Below are positions 21,138 to 25,597 of a DNA stretch of 25,597 nt, piece by piece; positions within the stretch are counted from its first letter, which is position 1; each line of letters begins with the position of its first letter. The stretch is from Azolla caroliniana. Taxonomy: Eukaryota > Plantae > Polypodiophyta. The notes beneath the pieces are model-generated. The model saw only the letters and a program-made list of their open reading frames with translations, searched no databases and was not told the origin of the DNA. A program made the position numbers and the translations under genes. The stretch lies in the NCBI GenBank assembly GCA_043228905.1, contig JBHGNT010000437.1, positions 1-25,597 on the forward strand, written 5' to 3'.

Positions 21138-21833
21138 TTCCGGATGCCGATCCGAATACGGTTGAGCTTGCTCGCTCAACACTCCCCCTCAAGCTCAACT
21201 TGAGGTCAGATTGTGGTGTTAGTGTCTTTGGCAGTCGGTTCTTCTACCCGGCTCCTTCTAGCGTCGCTCCGCCTTGCTCGCGTTCCTCGTCCAGTCCGGT
21301 CATGTTTGCTGTGACCCTTCTGGTTCTGCGCACCTCGACCTCCTCGGTCGGCTTGTCTGCTCAACAGGCCCATTTTAGCTCCCTCGTTGTTGCAACTCCG
21401 ACGCTTGTCGACCCGTCGGTTCCTTCGTGTTGGCGTCGACTTCCGCTTGGCCTTTAGTTGATCTGGTTTCTTCGAATCCAACAGTAGAAGCGAATCGACT
21501 GTCTCCGATTCGTTCCCGCTCTTGTCTGAGTCGGTGTTCTCCAACTCGTCTTCTAGTTTTAGGCCCTTCACCACATCAAACCATGTCCTAGTTTTGGCCT
21601 TTTTCTTTCGGTCGGCTCTATTCTTCTCGACTCTGTCGCCGCTGCCACTCATTCCGACTTGTACGGATGTGTCAACTTCCTTCGTCGACTCGGTCCTTTT
21701 TCCTTTTGTTTCCCCCTTTGTTGGTTCTTTCTTCCTCTCAGGCTCCTTGTTTGGTGCCCTTCGTTCCCTTTCCTTTTCTCCTCCTCAAGTGCAGCACGTC
21801 GAGATGCTGAACACCAAGCATTTCGGTGAAGTG
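21138..21833 (-). mobile_element. Copia-C 3' remnant: RNase H tail, post-pol extension, PPT (21182-21190) and first ~40 bp of its 3' LTR (21181-21143)
   Basis: Minus strand reads HFTEMLGVQHLDVLHL (B has KLQHFTE), then sequence homologous to B 20453-20707, then CTTGAGGGGGAG|TGTTGAGCGAGCAAGCTCAAC. The LTR continues at 15834 once Copia-B is removed. Confidence 0.9.
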
Positions 21834-21906
21834 AGTAACTCTGTTTGGCGCCATAATGGTGACTAAGATGACCACCAATGCGAGTTCGTTGTGCTGCACA
21901 GCTTCA

Positions 21907-21919
21907 ACCGGGCGTGCCA
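21907..21919 (-). other. Primer binding site, tRNA-Arg type (TGGCACGCCCGGT)
   Basis: 13 nt complementary to the 3' end of plant tRNA-Arg(UCU) (...ACCGGGCGTGCCA, recalled from memory), a few nt after a CAACA LTR end. This PBS type is typical of Tat-like non-chromoviral Ty3/Gypsy elements. Confidence 0.7.
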
Positions 21920-21924
21920 AATTG

Positions 21925-22455
21925 TGTTGCCTTCCTTCTCGGAGGCGACACCTTCGATTTCCTAGCCGAAATTGGACCAAGAGTTGTGGTACGTGGTGGT
22001 CAAGGCGATACCAGAAAACAATATTTCAAATACGTTACGTAAGGGAGGTCTCTTCATATAGAGTGTTTCACCACATCAATTTCATAGGGGACAACAATCA
22101 CATAACACCAACACAAGAAATAGACCCAAAACTATATGTATTACGAGTAGGTAATGAATACAGTTACACAACTCACAACCGGAATTAACAACGAAGTGAT
22201 AGTATTACCTAGACCCTCAGAATCCCATAATCACGGGTTATAGTTCCCTTCTTCCCTTTGCTCTCCCCCTTGTCTCATTCTCCTGTTCTTCTTTTTATAG
22301 CTTTTCCCTTCCTCTTTACTTCAGCGCACTTTGGTTCTTCCCGTTCTTGGTTGTGCATACTGCGGTTGTCTTCGTTCCTTACGGTTGTTCCCCTACTTTG
22401 ACCTACTTCCTCTTACGTTTCTTTGAATTACCATTTTGGTCCATGGACAACAACA
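21925..22455 (-). mobile_element. Putative 5' LTR of a Ty3/Gypsy-like element (~530 bp)
   Basis: On minus it starts TGTTG and ends CAACA (inverted termini), with an internal CTATAAAA and an adjacent PBS. No partner LTR or TSD in the window. Confidence 0.65.
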
Positions 22456-24354
22456 TTCATTGACATCTTCCAAACATCATATAAACTTTTTGCATCTAAA
22501 TTGTTACATGGCACCCTTGCCTCGCTTTAAACTATGACATTAGTTGAGTAAACACGTTATTTGAGTATTAATGATCAAAATTATAAGTTAATTAAAGAAA
22601 CTATTTGCTATTGGGTGTTAGTGTCTAGTTCGAGTTCTAGTAATGAAGGAGCGAACTTCTTGTTAATGCTTTGACTATCTCCATGCCCGTATTTAACAAC
22701 CCTTCCATTACTACTTAAGGATTTAGGTCCCTTACCTCTTCCAAGCATGACATCGAGGATCAATTCTAATGCTAAATCTCATGGGTCAAGGGTAGTATAG
22801 TTGGGAAAGTAGTTGTTCTCATGGGAACCATCACAACCGTGTAGGATCCATGATCCATGGGAATACATGGTGGTTTGGGAGCCTTATATGTCAAACTATA
22901 TAAAGGGAACTAGACACCCACTTCATTATGATTTCTTGTGACCTTTTTGAGACTCCATTCGTGATTCCAAGCTCTCTTTTTCGGATTCATTGTTCATACA
23001 CCATGATATTAACACAAGGTAATATTGGGTGGTACAAGACACCTATGGTATTTTATATGCATGGTTATAAAGTGCCCTTAATCCATTCTTTTCCTTAATA
23101 TCTTATTATACTCTTGCTCATCAAAAGTTCAATTGATAATAAAACCATTCCCCGTGCTCAACCCCTGAGAGCTAGTTGTTTTAGACGACCAATTGGCTAG
23201 CTTGTTGGTCCTCATAGTAACCATGTTACACGACTTGGAGCAGTTGACTTGCCTTGGTGACACCATTGCTCGAGTACGTCCAGCAATTTTCATGGATAAA
23301 CTTTGTGCTCCATCATCACATTTGTATGACATAATATAAAACACTCAAAACACCCAAATGTATGCATGATTCAAGAAGATGACAATTCTACAAGTTGTAT
23401 AAGTCATTGATTGAACTTTATGCAAGTATGCATGATATAGTTTATGAGTTGCATGTCAATCCAGGTGTAAGACAATTTTCCATTATTATAAGTTGATTGT
23501 GGATAAATTATGAAATATTACTATCTTCATTGTTAAGGTGACATAATGTGTGCGTGAATATATGTTGTGCCTAGGAATCAGATGGCATGTGGGCGGTTAT
23601 GATATATTGGTTGTGATGTGTGCATATTTCCCAAGCACATAGGGACAACAAAATTGTCTTTCTTGCTTCATTTATGTGATGGCTATTTTCAAGGAAATGA
23701 TTAAGGGCAAGTGACACAGTTTTGAATAATATGCTATGCATGCTAAGTACAAGTTTTATTTGAATTTAGAGACACCTTTCACCTACATGTTAGATTTACC
23801 TTTATGTCCCACATTTCTATATAAATTCATCAACTTCAACAAGGGTGGAAGGAGTAAAGTGCACGTTGGTTGACTGATTGTCACGTGAAACTCGATAGTC
23901 TCCATCATTTGATCCAATCTCTTTTTGTCTACACTAAAACAGTTCATTAAGGATGCATATTTGTAGCAACTTCAAAAGATATTACCTTTTGGAAGAATGG
24001 CTTAATGAATTTGAGACTCAATTGCTACTCATTAATGACTAACAAATAATTCCCTAAGAGACATGGAAAGATATGCGTACCATCTAAACAAGGCATACAT
24101 TGACTTCTTTTCTTATACATATACATATAATAGGATATAATGTTTGATTGGTAGGGGGAGACAATGTGTTCGTTGATCGAAGTCTTGAGCGATTGGGGAG
24201 TTCAGTTGAAATTTTGGAGAGTGTCCCGTTGGCCTTTACGCATGGGTGACAAATGCAAACATGTCCAACTAACATTGGGGCTAATGAGTGAAATGCATAT
24301 GATAATAGCGATAATTCATAGTGTGGACTCTGAAGTGAGGAATATGTATGTATA

Positions 24355-24531
24355 GGGACGGGACAGACGGGCTCAAGTGTGAACATCGTGGGATGCATGC
24401 AAGGCAATCCAGACCGTCGGTTTCGAGAAGGATCCTGCGCCGTTGGATGACGATCTCATCGAATTTGAAATTTGAAATCTTGTTTTGGGCGGGAAAATGA
24501 GGGGAGCCAAGCCAGCCCTCCCCTTATAAAA
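24355..24531 (+). promoter_or_regulatory. Histone H4 promoter: CCGTC motifs, reverse nonamer, E2F site, TATA box
   Basis: CGTTGGATG at 24441-24449 is the reverse complement of the plant histone nonamer CATCCAACG. GGCGGGAAAA at 24488-24497 is E2F consensus TTTCCCGC on minus. TATAAAA at 24525-24531. CCGTC/GACGG near 24357-24370 and 24414. Confidence 0.75.
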
Positions 24532-24627
24532 TTGCAGAGCTTCGCCATCGCCATAGCCAGAATCATCTCTGTGTTTTCTCTTCATTTCGATCAGCCTCTC
24601 ATCTCTGCATCTGCAGTCATCACATAA

Positions 24628-24954
<327 letters not shown>

Positions 24955-25597
24955 GAAGGGAAGGCGCACTCTTTCACGCCTGCCATCATTGTTTTCATAT
25001 TTCTGCCTTTCCCCGTTTCCCCTAATTGCAATGGTGTTTTTGAACACCACCATTACTGTGCTGATTTACTCGCCCGTTTGTGACATAATTGTGCGTGGTT
25101 TAAAATGAGTGCGAATTCTTAAATTATAGAGGTTGCAAACCAAGAGCATAGTAAATGTTTTGAGTTCATCATTATATATTTGCCTTGCTATATTCACTTG
25201 AAAGTATGTTTGTTACTTCTCGAAGATTGTACAGGTGCTTACAAAAAGTCAATCTGTTTTATACAAAATGAACAGATGTGGCCCGTCAGTTCTTGTATTC
25301 GATGTGAACATTTCGATACTTTGGTTGTCTGCTTTTGGTAAACTTCAGTTTTCTTGAATTTCGTGAATTTTGTGCTTTCGAATTATGATAGTTTAATGTA
25401 TCTAATGGTGACTAAGGATCGAACCATGGCTGAAATTTTGGTTCTTCTAATTGTCATAAATCGGGATCATTCTTTGGTGATGCAAATTAATGGGTCCCAA
25501 ATCACATCACAACCAATTCTTCTGCAAATCTTTACACATGGCATACTTTCTCAATGTTATAGCCGTCAAATATGAGGTGGTTGATCTAAATTTCTTT

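Noticed and set aside
22002-22013. TGGTATCGCC (minus) as a tRNA-iMet PBS
   Set aside because: Only 7 nt match and it is not preceded by a CA LTR end. The Arg-type PBS at 21907-21919 fits better.
22456-22520. Minus-frame NLDAKSLYDVWKMSM as the missing Copia-A gag N-terminus
   Set aside because: Loose resemblance only. No start codon, PBS, LTR or matching TSD.

Overview
Eukaryotic land-plant nuclear DNA. A fern or other seed-free vascular plant is my guess from the Copia family style, not demonstrated. Three host genes: a 5-exon nuclear-encoded mitochondrial ribosomal protein L3 (+, 757-4362), a convergent 5-exon EBS/SHL-type BAH-PHD chromatin reader (-, 6684-9259) and an intronless canonical histone H4 (+, 24643-24954) whose promoter has nonamer, E2F and TATA elements. 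From ~10.4 to 22.5 kb there is a nested LTR-retrotransposon block. Copia-A (-) is nearly intact but has no LTRs. A probable Ty3/Gypsy remnant (-) has an LTR and a tRNA-Arg PBS fused directly to the 3' end of Copia-C (-). Copia-B (+, 15835-21137, TSD TTCCG) inserted in opposite orientation into the LTR of its relative Copia-C. The most unusual observations are: a templated inversion that replaced the U5 end and PBS of the Copia-B 5' LTR; a ~190-codon charged open frame between RNase H and the PPT in the B/C family; a Gypsy-leader/Copia-tail in-frame chimera; long inverted repeats created by the nesting; and an EBS-like protein with a His-x-Gly change and no C-terminal proline. All alignments and counts were done by eye. 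I cannot show a new biological system from the sequence alone.
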